From Eledone cirrhosa (lineage: Eukaryota), in the NCBI GenBank assembly GCA_964016885.1, contig OZ024741.1:117180001-117244000 (forward strand): 64,000 nucleotides of DNA. The letters run 5' to 3'. The stretch's first letter is position 1. Every line of letters starts with the position of its first letter. The notes under the pieces are model-generated. The model saw only the letters and a program-made list of their open reading frames with translations, was not told the DNA's origin and made no database searches. A program made the translations under genes and the position numbers. This document shows, piece after piece, positions 26,827 through 39,747 of the stretch.

Positions 26827-29800
26827 TTACAGATATATACTCAGAGTCGGCCCATTCACTCGGGCCATTCTTGCTTCTCTCACCCATCTTTCAACAAAAT
26901 GCTGGGAAGAGAGCACTTCCCTCTCTACTCTGATTTTCCTTTTCAAATGAAATTTGAAAAAGTCAATCAGAGCATCACCGAAGAGGTAAGTGCTCGTCTT
27001 CAGCCCTTTCAAACGTGTCCACCATACTATCTCTTTCACCATGGCCACCAGACAGATAAAAACTGCCTGCCCTTCCCGGCTAAAGGAGGAGGGCGGGGCA
27101 ATCCTCACGATGGACTCAGATGATAGCTGGATCCGTCCTAAACGCGACAGCAGGTGTTCGACATAAACCCACAAGTCAGCAATTTTCGGACACTGGACGA
27201 GTGCGTGCAGGACGGTTTCGTCGCCCTGCGCGCATCTCGGACATACCCGGCTGACGGCACCTCCATGCCTGTAGAGTTTATCCCGAACTGGCAAGGCTCC
27301 TCGGTAGCACTGCCAGGCCAGAGATTTCTGGAAGTTGTCCATAGGCCCTGGCCCGAAAGTTCTTCCGAAGAGATTGGCTAGTTGATTTTCGTCGACGCCT
27401 AGAGTTTCCCCAAGTACGTCGTCGCTCTTCCCCTCCACTAATCCTCTATAGAACGCCGAGGTGGAGTTTCCACCGATCACATTGCCCGATTGGTCGAGGG
27501 CTGTGAGCGCCTGAAGACATTCCAGTCTCCAGGCGCTCCCTCTCGGTCTTCGCTTGACCCAGGACTGCAGCTCCGTCAAGGAAACGAGCTGGGGAAAAAC
27601 GCGTCTAGCAAACGGCGACCACACCTGATCACCGTCGAGGAAGAGGTGGAGATGTCGTAGCCTGAGCGCGTGCCTGCGCATCATCAGCCACGGCATGCCC
27701 AGCCCTCCACGTAGCGGGTGTTGACAACAGATGGACCGCCTGACCATCGGAGCACGTCCCTTCCACAAAAAGCGAAAGAGCAAACGCTCCAGCGCAGTCA
27801 GGCGAGGCTTAGGACAAGGTACGACGGTTAGGCGGTAGCAGATGACAGACGCGATGTACGCGTTAGCCACCTCCGCTCGACCTTTCAGGGATAGCTTCCT
27901 CTCCGCCCATTTCTGGGTGAGAGAAGCCACCCTGCTCGTCACCTCGTCCCAGTTTTTGTCCGTCTGGAGGTCCGGACCGAACCAGACCCCTAGCAATTTA
28001 ACCGGTCCGTCCGTCCAGCGCCCGACGACGCTGTTGGACGGCATGGACCTGCCTCTCCAGGTGCCGAGCTGCAGGCCCACTGACTTTTCCTGGTTGATCA
28101 TTGCTCCTGTCACCGCTTCGTATTCTCTTAGTGTAGTGCCGATCGCCTCGATGTGTTTGGCGTTCGACACCACTACGGTGACATCGTCCGCATATGCTGA
28201 CACGGATCTTCCGCATCCTAGTTCGCGGACTCCCCTCAACGTCTCCAGTTTGTGCAGTAATGGCTCGAGAGTCAATACGTACAAGAGGGACGAGAGGGGA
28301 CATCCTTGGCGGACCGAGCGCATGATGTTGAACGGTTCCGACAGGTGACCGTTCACTCTCACCACAGAGCAGATGTCGCTGTGCATGGCAGCGATCCAGC
28401 CTCTGAAGACGGGCCCAAAGCCAGCCGCCCTCAGGACTGCCGCTAGGTAACGATGGTCGACCCTATCGAAAGCTTTCGACTGATCTAAATTGATCAAGGA
28501 CCCACCCGTGCCAGGTTCCCTAGCTACCCTCTCTACGATGTATCGCATGAGGTGGAGGTTGTCGTGGATGGATCTGTCGGGAATGGCGCATGTCTGCGCC
28601 TCTCCCACCAGACCACCAACGACAAGCGCCAACCTCTTTGCTAGCACCTTGGCCAAAATCTTAAACTCTGTGTTTAGCAGAGTTATGGGCCGGAAATTGT
28701 CTATGTTATCCCCCTTGTTCGGATCCTTTCTCAGCAGTGCCACCGCTCCTCGGCTCACAGAACTGGGAATTCTCCCGTTCTGTTGCCAGTTGCAGTAGAC
28801 GTCCGCCAAGAGGCCTCCGAACAAGTCTGGCATCTGTACGTAAAGTTCATAGGGCAGACCATCCAAACCAGGCGATTTACCCCTTGTGCAGCCAGTCATT
28901 GCCTCCCGTACTTCAGCGGCTGTTATCGGCTTTTCGCAACACTTCGCCTCACTTTTCCTGGTTGATCATTGCTCCTGTCACCGCTTCGTATTCTCTTAGT
29001 GTAGTTCCGATCGCCTCGATGTGTTTGGCGTTCGACACCACTACGCTTACATCGTCCGCATATGCTTACACGGATCTTCCGCATCCTAGTTCACGCAGGA
29101 CCCCCCCCCCCCTCAACGTCTCCAGTTTGTGCAATAATGGCTCGAGAGTCAATACGTACAAGAGGGACGAGGGGGGATATACTTGGCGGACCGAGCGCAT
29201 GATGTTGAACGGTTCCGAAAGGATGCCGCTGTGCATGGCAGCGATCCAGCCTCTGAAGACGGGCCCAAAGACAGCTGCCTTCAGATAACGATGGTCGACC
29301 CTATCGAAAGCTTTCGACTGATCTAAATTGATCAAGGACACATCCGTGCCAGGTTCCCTAGCTACCCTCTCTACGATTTATCGCATGAGGTGGAGGTTGT
29401 CGTGGATGGATCTGTCGGGAATGGCGCATATCTGCGCCTCTCCCACCAGACCACCAACGACAAGCGCCATCTCTTTGCTAGCAGCTTGGCCAAAATCTTG
29501 AACTCTGTGTTTAGCAGAGCTATGGGCCTGAAATTATCTATGTTATCCCCCTTGTTCGGATCCTTTCTCAGCAGCGCCACCGCTCCTCGGCTCACAGAGC
29601 TGGGAATTCTCCCGTTCTGTTGCCAGTTGCAGTAGACGTCCGCCAACAGGCCGCCGAACAAGTCTGGCATCTGTACGTAAAGTTGATAGGGCAGACCATC
29701 CAAACCAGGCGATTTACCTCTTGTGCAGCCAGTCATTGCCTCCCGTACTTCAGCGGCTGTTATCGGCTTTTCGCAACACTCCGCCTCAGTGGCCGAGAGC

Positions 29801-31081
29801 CGCGGCAGTCCGTCGAGGTAGACACTAAAGTCCATCCCTCGATCCGGCCCGCCGATTCCCCCGAACAGCTGAGCGAAGTGTCGCTGAAAAGTTTCACACA
29901 TTTGCCCGGGATCGAGTAGTATGCGCCCGTCGTGGTCCACCAAAGACCTGATCGTGGATTTGTTGCCACGACGCGCCTCCACCACTCGGGCCCATTGAAC
30001 GGCTTTCGTCCCCTTGTGTCTGAGAGCACGCACCCCAGCTCTGACAACGCAGCCTTCGTGCTTTGAATTGAAGAATTGGTCAAGGGCCAATTTCGCCGCA
30101 AGTACGTCGGTCGCGATGCCTTTGCTAAGCGCCTCGTCTAATTTTCTAACTAGTTCTCCCTCTGCTCTATTTTTCTGTATAGCTAAAGCCTTACTAAACC
30201 TAATGGACTCTATTCTAATCGCTCGTTTCAGAGCAAACCACCACTTGTTGTTGACGATGGGCCCCGTCAACGCTCGCTTAACTAATTCGCTAATCCGGTC
30301 TCTGTAGGCCTTGCGCGCTGGTAAGGACGCGTTTAGCTTCCAGTAGCCCTGTTCCTCGTCTATGAAGCCTATCTAAGTCAAGCACAGAGATCACGAATTT
30401 GTGGTCCGTGTAGCTGACTATCTTGAATTGTGGACAGCCTATGCTAGACCTATCTATTTCCCTACAAAATACTTTATCTTGATATGATCTGGATGACCCT
30501 ATGCGGTTTGTCCAAGTCCACATTGGCACATTCGGGAAATCCAATCGGTACCTGTCAGACAGTTCAAAACGCCTGAGCAGGTTGGTGAGGCTCTTACACC
30601 CTCCTCCCTTCTCCGCTAATCCCACACAGTCCCAGCGTGCATCTAATATCCCGTTCCAGTCGCCCACTAACACTAAAGAGCGATACGTTCCTAGAAAGGT
30701 CTTCTGACGCGGGAAGAAATCAGGCCGCCCTGCTTCTGTCGGGGCATAGACGGCCACTAGCCTGAAAGCTTGCCTGTCTCCGCTGGTCACGCCCAGCACC
30801 ACCAACTTACCTTCTGGGTCCAGGAAGATGGACCGTATGGCGAGATCCAAACCTTTCCGAAAAAGCACAGCAACTCCTCCCCCCGATCCAGGACGGCTGG
30901 GAGATGCGTACACATCGTAGCCGCCGAAGATCGGTGCAAAGCCCCGTGCTTCGGAGATTCTCGTCTCGCTGATGGCCACTACATCTATGTTTAGTGACAT
31001 GAGGTCGTTGAGCAGGTGGCCCTGTTTCCATGACGACGCCAAGCCACGCGCATTTATGCTGCCTATTCTGAATGAGGTCAT
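26827..31081 (-). pseudogene. Tx1 ORF2 (APE-RT-Cys) with internal RT duplication
   Basis: ORFs 31081-30290, 30270-29371 and 29341-29066, plus an open 690-aa ORF at 28899-26827. Confidence 0.9.
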
Positions 31082-31115
31082 GTTGAAATGGAGTGGAAAA
31101 GATGGGAAAGACCAT

Positions 31116-33077
31116 TTACCTTACTTCTCGTAGAGGAAGGATGGTTTCTCCATCCTTTTCACTGCTCGTGGCCTCCTCCGGAAGGATGTCCTTATAAATC
31201 CTCCTAGAGAGTGCTTGTCGGGAGTCTCCGATGTCTTTGGGGAATTTTTGTTTTAGTGTCGTGTACGTTTTCTGTGTGATGCGAGTGATTTGTATGTGTG
31301 GAGGTGGTGTGAACTTTTGGGGTGTTGTGTAGTCTTTTTCTGTGATGCTGGTGTTGTGTTGGATGTAGTGTAATAGTTGGTTGTTGTTAAAATTTAATGC
31401 TGTGTAGTGTGTATCGTTTTGGTTGTTTTGTTTTGTTTGCGTTTGTTGTGGGTTTGTTTCTGTTTCGCTTTTTGGTGACTTTTGTGGTGTTGGTGATGGT
31501 GGTGTTGGGGTTAATGATGGTGATGGTGTTGGTGTTTGTGGTGATGGGGTTGGTGATGCTGGTGTGGATGGTGGCATAGCTGTCCTAACTTTTTTGTTTG
31601 ATAGTTTATTTGTTTCCTTCTGTATTTTGTTTTTGGAGGGGGAAGGAAGAGAATTTTTTTCTTTTTTGGCTTCTTTTTCTTTTTTTCTTTTTTCCTGATA
31701 CCATTTCCCACTCCTCGTCGTCACAATCTGTCTCCAGTTGCGATAGGTCGGGGAGTCGAAAATCCTCCACAGGCGTTGGTTTTAGTTGTGGCGTGGTGGA
31801 TGGTGTAGGCGCTGGTGCTAGTTCTGGCGCGTTGGGTGGTGGTGGTGGTGTTGGTTTTTCTACTGTTGCTGGGGTTGTTACTGCTACAGTTATATTCTGT
31901 TGTTGCTGCTACACTTGTTGCTGCCATTTCTGCTGCTGGTGGTGTTGATGGTTGAGTCACCGGGGTGGGTAAGAGAGGTGGTCACAATTTGTTAGCCTGA
32001 GGGCAGAAAGCCCTTAGGTGGGTTCCTTCACCACAAACGACACACCTAGGCCTTCTACTCTCGACGATTACGGTGAGGTGGCTGCCGTCAGTGAGGTCTA
32101 TTACCTCTGGGATCTCAATGCTTTCTTGGTCCGCTTGGATCAGGAGCTCCATCCCAGATCCTGACCAATTCTCCTGCTTTTCTTTTGCTATTTCTATTAT
32201 TTTGGTGTTGGCCTCGATGCCGGCGAGGACGGCAGCCATTAGCCAGGGAATTTCGATGGCCGGTGGAACGTGGGTCACCCTGATCTTTAGGAGTCTCTGG
32301 CCACAATAGCTTGGGACGAGTGTGAACTCGTCGCTTCTTAATGGGGCCATGGAGTGCTCTCTGGCCTCCTGGGGTGTTCCAAAGAACACGTCCACGGTTC
32401 CATATTTCTGCCCGCGTCTGATGTGGTTTTTTTTTGCCCATACATGTCCCAAAGCTTTTTGGATTTGGGACTCGGATGCCCGTTCCACTCGGCGCGATTT
32501 TATGTTAATCGTCCGATAAGACACGGTGCATAGGCGCCGATGCTCCATTTTATTTTTTTTTGGGGGGGGGGGGGGGCTGACCCTGTACCCATCTTTCTTT
32601 ACCATTCTCTTGGCTTCATCTAATTCCTCCTGAGTTACCTGGATTGTTTCGTATTTTTTGGCTGCGTGGCAAACGACACGGTGTTGTTATTCTCATTGTT
32701 GTTGTTGCTGTTGTTGTTATTGTTAATTTTGTTATTGTTATTTTTAGTTTCAGTTGTGGTGGTGGTGGTGGTGGCGTCAGTGGTGTTCGGTGTGGAAGAG
32801 TCGATTCTGGGTGAATCGATTTCGATGTCACGAGATAATTTATTTTTTTCTTTTCTTTCTGTTGTCGCTGTGGTGGTGATGGGGTGGCGGCTTCAACACC
32901 TGCAGTCATTGGTAATGGCGGGAAATGAATGTCTGCATGAGACCCATTTAAATTATTGCTACTGCTTATATTTTTAGTGTTGGCAAACGTAGTAATATTT
33001 ACAATGGTGGTGTTGGTGTGAGATGTTAGTTTGTGAGGAAGGCTCTCAGCTGTTTGGTGTAGCTGTGAGTCGTCCAT
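31116..33077 (-). pseudogene. Tx1 ORF1 (frameshifted)
   Basis: Low-complexity N-terminus, RRM-like region, RRPRCVVCGEGTHLRAFC knuckle and K/P/T-rich tail. Confidence 0.8.
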
Positions 33078-33291
33078 GATTTTTTCAAAGAAATTTTTTG
33101 TTTGATAATTATAAAAGTTTAAATTTTGGGCTCAAGGTCCCAATCTTTTTGAGTGTCCTTTTCCGAAAGCAAATTTTGTGACTTTATAAACAGTTAACAA
33201 CAAAAATTTTCCATAAATGGCAATTTTAAACAAACGAAAACAACAAACCTTTGCGGAGCTCACGATGATACGATTTCCTACGTAGGTCGCC

Positions 33292-33330
<39 letters not shown>

Positions 33331-33334
<4 letters not shown>

Positions 33335-33856
33335 GAAAAAGATCACATCTCAATCTTGTGGAACTTTAGCATCCAAACAGACCGAAAAATAGATGCAAAT
33401 AGACCTGATATAATATTGAAGGGCTTTCAAAGGAGGGTATGCCTGCTAATTGATATGTCTGTTCCAATAGACAAGAATGTATCTATAAAAACATTTGAAA
33501 AATTGAGCAAGTATAAGGACCTGGAGATAGAAATTGGAAAAATGTGGAAATTGAGAACTAAAACAATACCAGTGGTTGTAGGCGCTCTGGGAATGATACC
33601 TAAGGGGTCTAACGACTACTTATCGCAAATCCCAGGAAACCCGCGTATAGGAGAAATACAAAAGATAGTACTAATGGGAACTGCCCATATACTAAGGAAG
33701 ATCCTGTCAATATAAGTACATCACAAGTCTAAACACTAAGGATGCATGTGTGAATATGTGTGTTCTTTCTTGAACATGGCGGACCTTGTTGTCTCTTGAG
33801 GTCACTGGTTGTGACTTGGTGATAACTCGTATAAACATAAAGCAAGATAAATGCAA
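33331..33856 (+). mobile_element. R4/Dong family B short copy
   Basis: WNFSIQTDRKIDANRPDI RLE plus 3'UTR, between (TAA)n tracts. Confidence 0.9.
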
Positions 33857-33875
33857 ATAATAATAATAATAATAA

Positions 33876-34900
33876 TAGACTCTACCTAAGGAGATCTGAG
33901 GGTGGAAGAGGTCTTATCAGCATAGAGGACTGTGTTCAGATGGAGAAAAACAACCTATACAAATACGTGACCTATAGTAAGGAGCCAATGCTCAGAGCTG
34001 TACTGAAGGAGGGGACAGTAGGCCAGGGGATATCCAAGGAGGAAATAACATCAAGGAGGAAGAGCAGCCTTAAGGGAAAATCCCTTCATAGTACCTTCTT
34101 TGAGAAAACTGAATTTAGAGATCCACAGACATGGAACTGGTTGAGAAGAGGAGACCTCAAAAAGGCTACAGAAGGAATGCTAATGGCTGCGCAGGAGCAG
34201 GCCCTCAAAACGAAGTGGTTGAAGCACCATATCTACAAGGAGGAGGCTAGCCCACTGTGCAGGATCTGTGGAGAGAGAGAGGAGACTGTGGCTCACATTG
34301 TGTCCGAGTGTAAACACCTAGCCCAGACCCACTATAAGGGCTGGAGACACGATGTGATGGGCAGGGTGATCCACTGGCACCTGTGCAAAGTAAACAATCT
34401 ACCACATTCTGAGAAATGGTATGAGCATAGGCCAGAGGCGGTGATGGAGAACAGTCAGGTGAAGGTGCTGTCGGATTTTAGGATACAGACGGACAAAAAA
34501 CTGGAACACAATAGACCTGACCTGGTGGTTGTGGACAAAGAAAAAAGATCGTGCCTGATTGTGGATGTGGCCTGCCCGTTCGACACGAGAGTGCAAGAGA
34601 AGGAGAGGGAGAAAATTAACCGATACCAGGACCTAAAGTGGGAGGTGAAAAGGATTTGGAACTGCCATGAAGTCAAAGTGATCCCGATTGTCATAGGCGC
34701 ACTGGGGACTATCTCCAAAGGTTTCCAGGGATGGTTAAAGAAAATCGGCCCCTTCACGCTTTTTGGAACGCTTCAAAAGGCATGCTTGGAACAGCAAGAA
34801 CCCTCCGATACGTCCTGAATATCTGAGGCTGCAGGTAGTGGCTTGATATTCAATCCAACGGACTTTCCAGTTAACCAACATCAATGACTGAGATTCAAGC
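33876..34900 (+). mobile_element. R4/Dong family A 5'-truncated copy
   Basis: DRLYLRRSEGGRGL..CRICGE..RHD..RPDL; (TAA)n tail. Confidence 0.92.
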
Positions 34901-34938
34901 AATAACAATAATAATAATAATAATAATTGCCATAATAA

Positions 34939-35722
34939 ATCAGCACAAGATCAGTGTCTGCCAACAAAAAATTACCAAGCCAACATAATAAAAAATGGAT
35001 GCAGCCCATTATGCCGTGTATGCAAAAAACAACCAGAGACCATTGACCATATAATTTCAATGTGCAGTCCTATAGCTCCAACCGAATACCTAAACAGGCA
35101 TGACAGAGCTGCACAATACATACATTGGATAATGTGTAAGCATTTTGACCTGCCCCATCAAAAGAATTGGTGGGAGCATCAACCACCTCCCATACTTGAA
35201 AAAGATCACATCTCAATCTTGTGGAACTTTAGCATCCAAACAGACCGAAAAATAGATGCAAATAGACCTGATATAATATTGAAGGACTTTAAAAAGAGGG
35301 TATGCCGGCTAATTGATATGTCTGTTCCAATAGACAAGAATGTATCTATAAAAACATTTGAAAAATTGAGCAAGTATAAGGACCTGGAGATAGAAATTGG
35401 AAAAATGTGGAAATTGAGAACTAAAACAATACCAGTGGTTGTAGGCGCTCTGGGAATGATACCTAAGGGGTCTAATGATTACTTATAGCAAATCCCAGGA
35501 AACCCGCGTATAGGAGAAATACAAAAGATAGTACTAATGGGAACTGCCCATATACTAAGGAAGATTCTGTCAATATAAGTACATCACAAGTCTAAACACT
35601 AAAGATGCATGTGTGAGTATGTATGTTCTTTCTTGAACATGGCGGACCTTGTTGTCTCTTGAGGTCACTGGTTGTGACTTGGTGATAACTCGTATGAACA
35701 TAAAGCAAGATAAATGCAACTG
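34939..35722 (+). mobile_element. R4/Dong family B 5'-truncated copy
   Basis: SAQDQCLPTKNY..CRVC..RHD; premature TAG at 35486-35488; (TAA)n tail. Confidence 0.92.
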
Positions 35723-35741
35723 TAATAATAATAATAATAAT

Positions 35742-38224
35742 AGAGTCAGTCAGTATAAACAGAACCGCATGTTCGACAACAACCAGAAGATGCTGTTTGC
35801 ACAGCTTGAGGGGAAAGAAAGAGGCAACGACTTGATCCCTGAGGCGGAACAAACTAAAACATTCTGGAGAGGAATATGGGAGCAGGATGTTAGACACCAG
35901 GCAGGGTGGATTGAGACAGTACAGAGGGAGATTGGTGAGCAGGCACACCAACAAACTGATTTGAGTATCACAGTTGAAACTCTTAAGGGGCAGGCCAAAA
36001 AACTAACCAACTGGAAATCACCAGGCGCAGATGGTGTGCAGGGGTATTGGTATTAAAAATATAACATCCCTCCACCCGAAACTGACAACCATGTTCAATG
36101 ACTGCTTGATGTCAGGTGAGGTACCAGAGTGGTTGACAAAAGGTACCACAGTTCTGATAATGAAAGGCAGAATCAAGAGTAATGATGTTACCAACTATAG
36201 ACCTATCACATGTCTGTCCGTAATGTGGAAACTGTTGACGAGCATTGTGTCTGAGGAAATCTACCATCACCTCCACACAAACAACTTGTTACCGGACGAA
36301 CAGAAAGGATGCCGAAAGAAGTCACGTGGTACAAAGGACCAGTTACTTATTGATAAGATGGTAATGCGGAACTGCAGGAGGAGACACACTGATCTTGCCA
36401 TGGGATGGATAGACTACAGAAAGGCATTTGACATGGTGCCTCATTCTTGGATCACCAAAAGCCTGGAGATCTTCAAGGTGGCAGATAACATCAGACAGTT
36501 GTTGGGCAAGAGTATGAGGTCCTGGGAAACAGAGTTGACATCAACTGGAGAATCCTTGTGAAGCGTGAAGATCAAGAGGGGTATCTTCCAGGGAGATAGC
36601 CTGTCCCCTCTGTTGTTTGTCCTTGCCCTGATGCCCCTGACCAGTGTACTGCGAAAAGTGAGAGCAGGATACAGGTTGGGAAAGGGAGGGCTTACCATCA
36701 ATCACCTCCTCTACATGGACGATCTTAAGCTCTTCAGGAAGAGTGAGAAGGAGTTGGATGTGCTTGTTGACACTGTCCGTATTTTCAGCAGTGATATATG
36801 TATGCAGTTTGGTATTAGTAAGTGTGGAGTCATTGTGATGAGGAGGGGTATGTTGAGCAGAAGTAACGGAATCCAGATACCAACAGGTGAGATGATAAAG
36901 GAAATTGACTCTGAGGAAGGATACAAGTATTTGGGCGTTCTGGAGGCTGATGGCATAAAGAACAAAAAAATGAAGGAATTGTTAAGAAATGAATACATTC
37001 GGAGAGTAAGGAGCGTATTGAAGTCACATCTGAACAGCAGAAATGCCATAAGCGCAGTAAATTACCGAGCTGTGTCTATTATTAGGTACAGTGCGGGAAT
37101 TCTGAGATGGAATGTTGCTGAACAAAAAGAAATGGATAGGAAGACTAGGAAGCTTTTGACTATCTACAACATGTTCCACAAGAGGAGTGATGTCGATAGA
37201 CTCTACCTAAGGAGATCTGAGGGTGTAAGAGGTCTTATCAGCATAGAGGACTGTGTTCAGATGGAGAAAAACAACCTACACAAATACGTGACTGATAGTA
37301 AGGAGCCAATGCTCAGAACTGTACTGAAGGAGGTGACAATAGGCCAGGGGATGTCCAAGGAGGAAATAACATCAAGGAGAAAGAGCAGCCTTCAGGAAAA
37401 ATCCCTTCATAGTACCTTCTTTGAGAAAACTGAATTTAGAGATCCACAGACATGGAACTGGTTGAGAAGAGGAGACCTTAAAAAGGCTACAGAAGGAATG
37501 TTAATGGCTGCGCAGGAGCAGGCCCTCAAAACGAAGTGGTTGAAACACCATATTTACAAGGAGGAGGCTAGCCCACTGTGCAGGATCTGTGGAGAGAGAG
37601 AGGAGACTGTGGCTCACATTGTATTCGAGTGTAAACACCTAGCCCAGACCCACTATAAGGGCTGGAGATATGATGTGATGAGCAGGGTGATCCACTGGCA
37701 CCTGTGCAAAGTAAACAATTTACCACATTCTGAGAAATGGTATGAGCATAAGCCAGAGGCGGTGATGGAGAACGATCAGGTGAAGGTGCTGTGGGATTTT
37801 AGGATACAGACGGACAAGAAACTGGAACACAATAGACCTGACCTGGTGGTTGTGGACAAAGAAAAAAGATCGTGTCTGATTGTGGATGTGGCCTGCCCAT
37901 TCGACACGAGAGTGCAAGAGAAGGAGAGGGAGAAAATTAACCGATACCAGGACTTAAAGTGGGAGGTAAAAAGGATTTGGAACTGCCATGAAGTCAAAGT
38001 GATCCCGATTGTCATAGGCGCACTGGGGACTATCTCCAAAAGTTTCCAGGGGTGGTTAAAGAAAATCGGCCCCTTCACGCTTTTTGGAACGCTTCAAAAG
38101 GCATGCTTGCTGGGAACATCAAGAACCCTCCGATACGTCCTGAATATCTGAGGCTGCAGGTAGTGGCTTGATATTCATTCCAACGGACTTTCCAGTTAAC
38201 TAACATCAATGACTGAGATTCAAG

Positions 38225-38226
<2 letters not shown>
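35742..38226 (+). mobile_element. R4/Dong family A long 5'-truncated copy (RT, CCHC, RLE)
   Basis: NYRPITCL, DYRKAFDMVPH, QGDSLSP and YMDD motifs; 528-aa open stretch to ..RYVLNI*; long (TAA)n tail at 38226-38316. Confidence 0.95.
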
Positions 38227-38316
<90 letters not shown>

Positions 38317-39747
38317 GGGAAGAAGACGCACATGGTGGAAAGAAGGTCATGAAATCGCTCCCGTAAGTTTTTGATTTTTAACATATTTAAATCAATTGTG
38401 AAATAACAATTCTTAGTACAAATGATGCATAAAGCACCAGACTCAAATCTCAGGAAAATTCAGATCCATAATATATTGTTATATCGCTCAAATATTCAAT
38501 TTTGTAATATACATTTTACATTCAAAAAAGAAAATGGTTATAAATGGAAGAAAACCCCCTCTGTCTACACTATATAGAACAGCCAAATAACAGCAATTTC
38601 ACCAACACCACAAACTAGATACACCACCTACCCCATCACTCCTCTGTGTACACTAAATACAACAGCCAGATAACGGCAATTTCACCACCACCACCACCAC
38701 CACCACCACCACCAATCCCAGCATAATAATTATAATTACTATTATTATTGTCTCAAGTTTTCACAAAATGTTTAATTCCAATATTAAGTAAATATGTCAA
38801 CACATATACGCGACTAACCGCATAGATTCACCGATCAAACAAAAATACAGTCTAATCAACAAAACTCAGTAACGACAAGGCCATCACTACAGTCACCGCC
38901 GCCACCACTCATCCATCATTAATACCACTATCCCATCACCGCCGCCACCACTCCTTCATTGCTACCACCGCTATTCCCCCATTACCTTCTGTTAACTTAC
39001 GAAAGGGGAAGATGGCGGTATCACTAGACAATATTAATAAACAATATTAATATTTAATTTTGGATCAGGAATGTTAGAGTCGAAAAGGAGAAAAATGGCA
39101 AAATGACTAAATAGCTAAAGATAATTTCACCACCAACACCACCACCACTACCACGCTAAAAACTCTGGTCAAGTTGCCTCAACCGCTATTTCTACTCCAA
39201 CTTCAACACCATCACTACAGTACTACGATCACATCACCACCATCACTGCCTCATTATCGCTACCGCCGCTATTCTCTCCCACTACCTCCTGCTAGGTACT
39301 ACTAGCACAGTACCGCCACCACCACCACCACCACTGCCTCATTATCACTACCGCCGCTATTCTCTCCCACTACCCCCTGCTACATCATAGTGTCCCCACT
39401 AAAAGAGGAAGGCATCAAAATATATAAATAGACTGAATTGATGACCCGGTCAAAATCAAAATACCAAAAATCAAAATCAAAGCAGCACAGCAACAACGAA
39501 AAACGTAAAGAAAAGAAAAATGAAGAGAAAAACAAACAGACGGACAGAGAAGGGAAGGGAAAAACTAAGTCAGACATTCAAACACTACATCACTACATTA
39601 CAATGAAACTTATGCTTATTCATTTTTTTTTGGGGGGGGGGGGGGGGTGCCTGTTTGTTTGTTTATTTATGTTCGTGATAATGCCACACAAAAATCACCG
39701 GTGGTTATGCAACCATACATTCGCCAATCCTCGATAAGAGTGTTTAA

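Larger units (their letters stand above)
26578..33291 (-). mobile_element. Tx1-type (L1 clade) retrotransposon, apparently full length, in (ATT)n
   Basis: ORF1 remnants with a CX2CX4HX4C knuckle; ORF2 APE (SINARGL, GDWN, YTDHK), RT (QGCPLS, YADD) and a C-terminal CPRC..H..C; 3' AATAAA then (ATT)n. Confidence 0.93.

Noticed and set aside
39680-39747. HDV-like ribozyme at the R4 5' end
   Set aside because: The nested double pseudoknot could not be established by eye.
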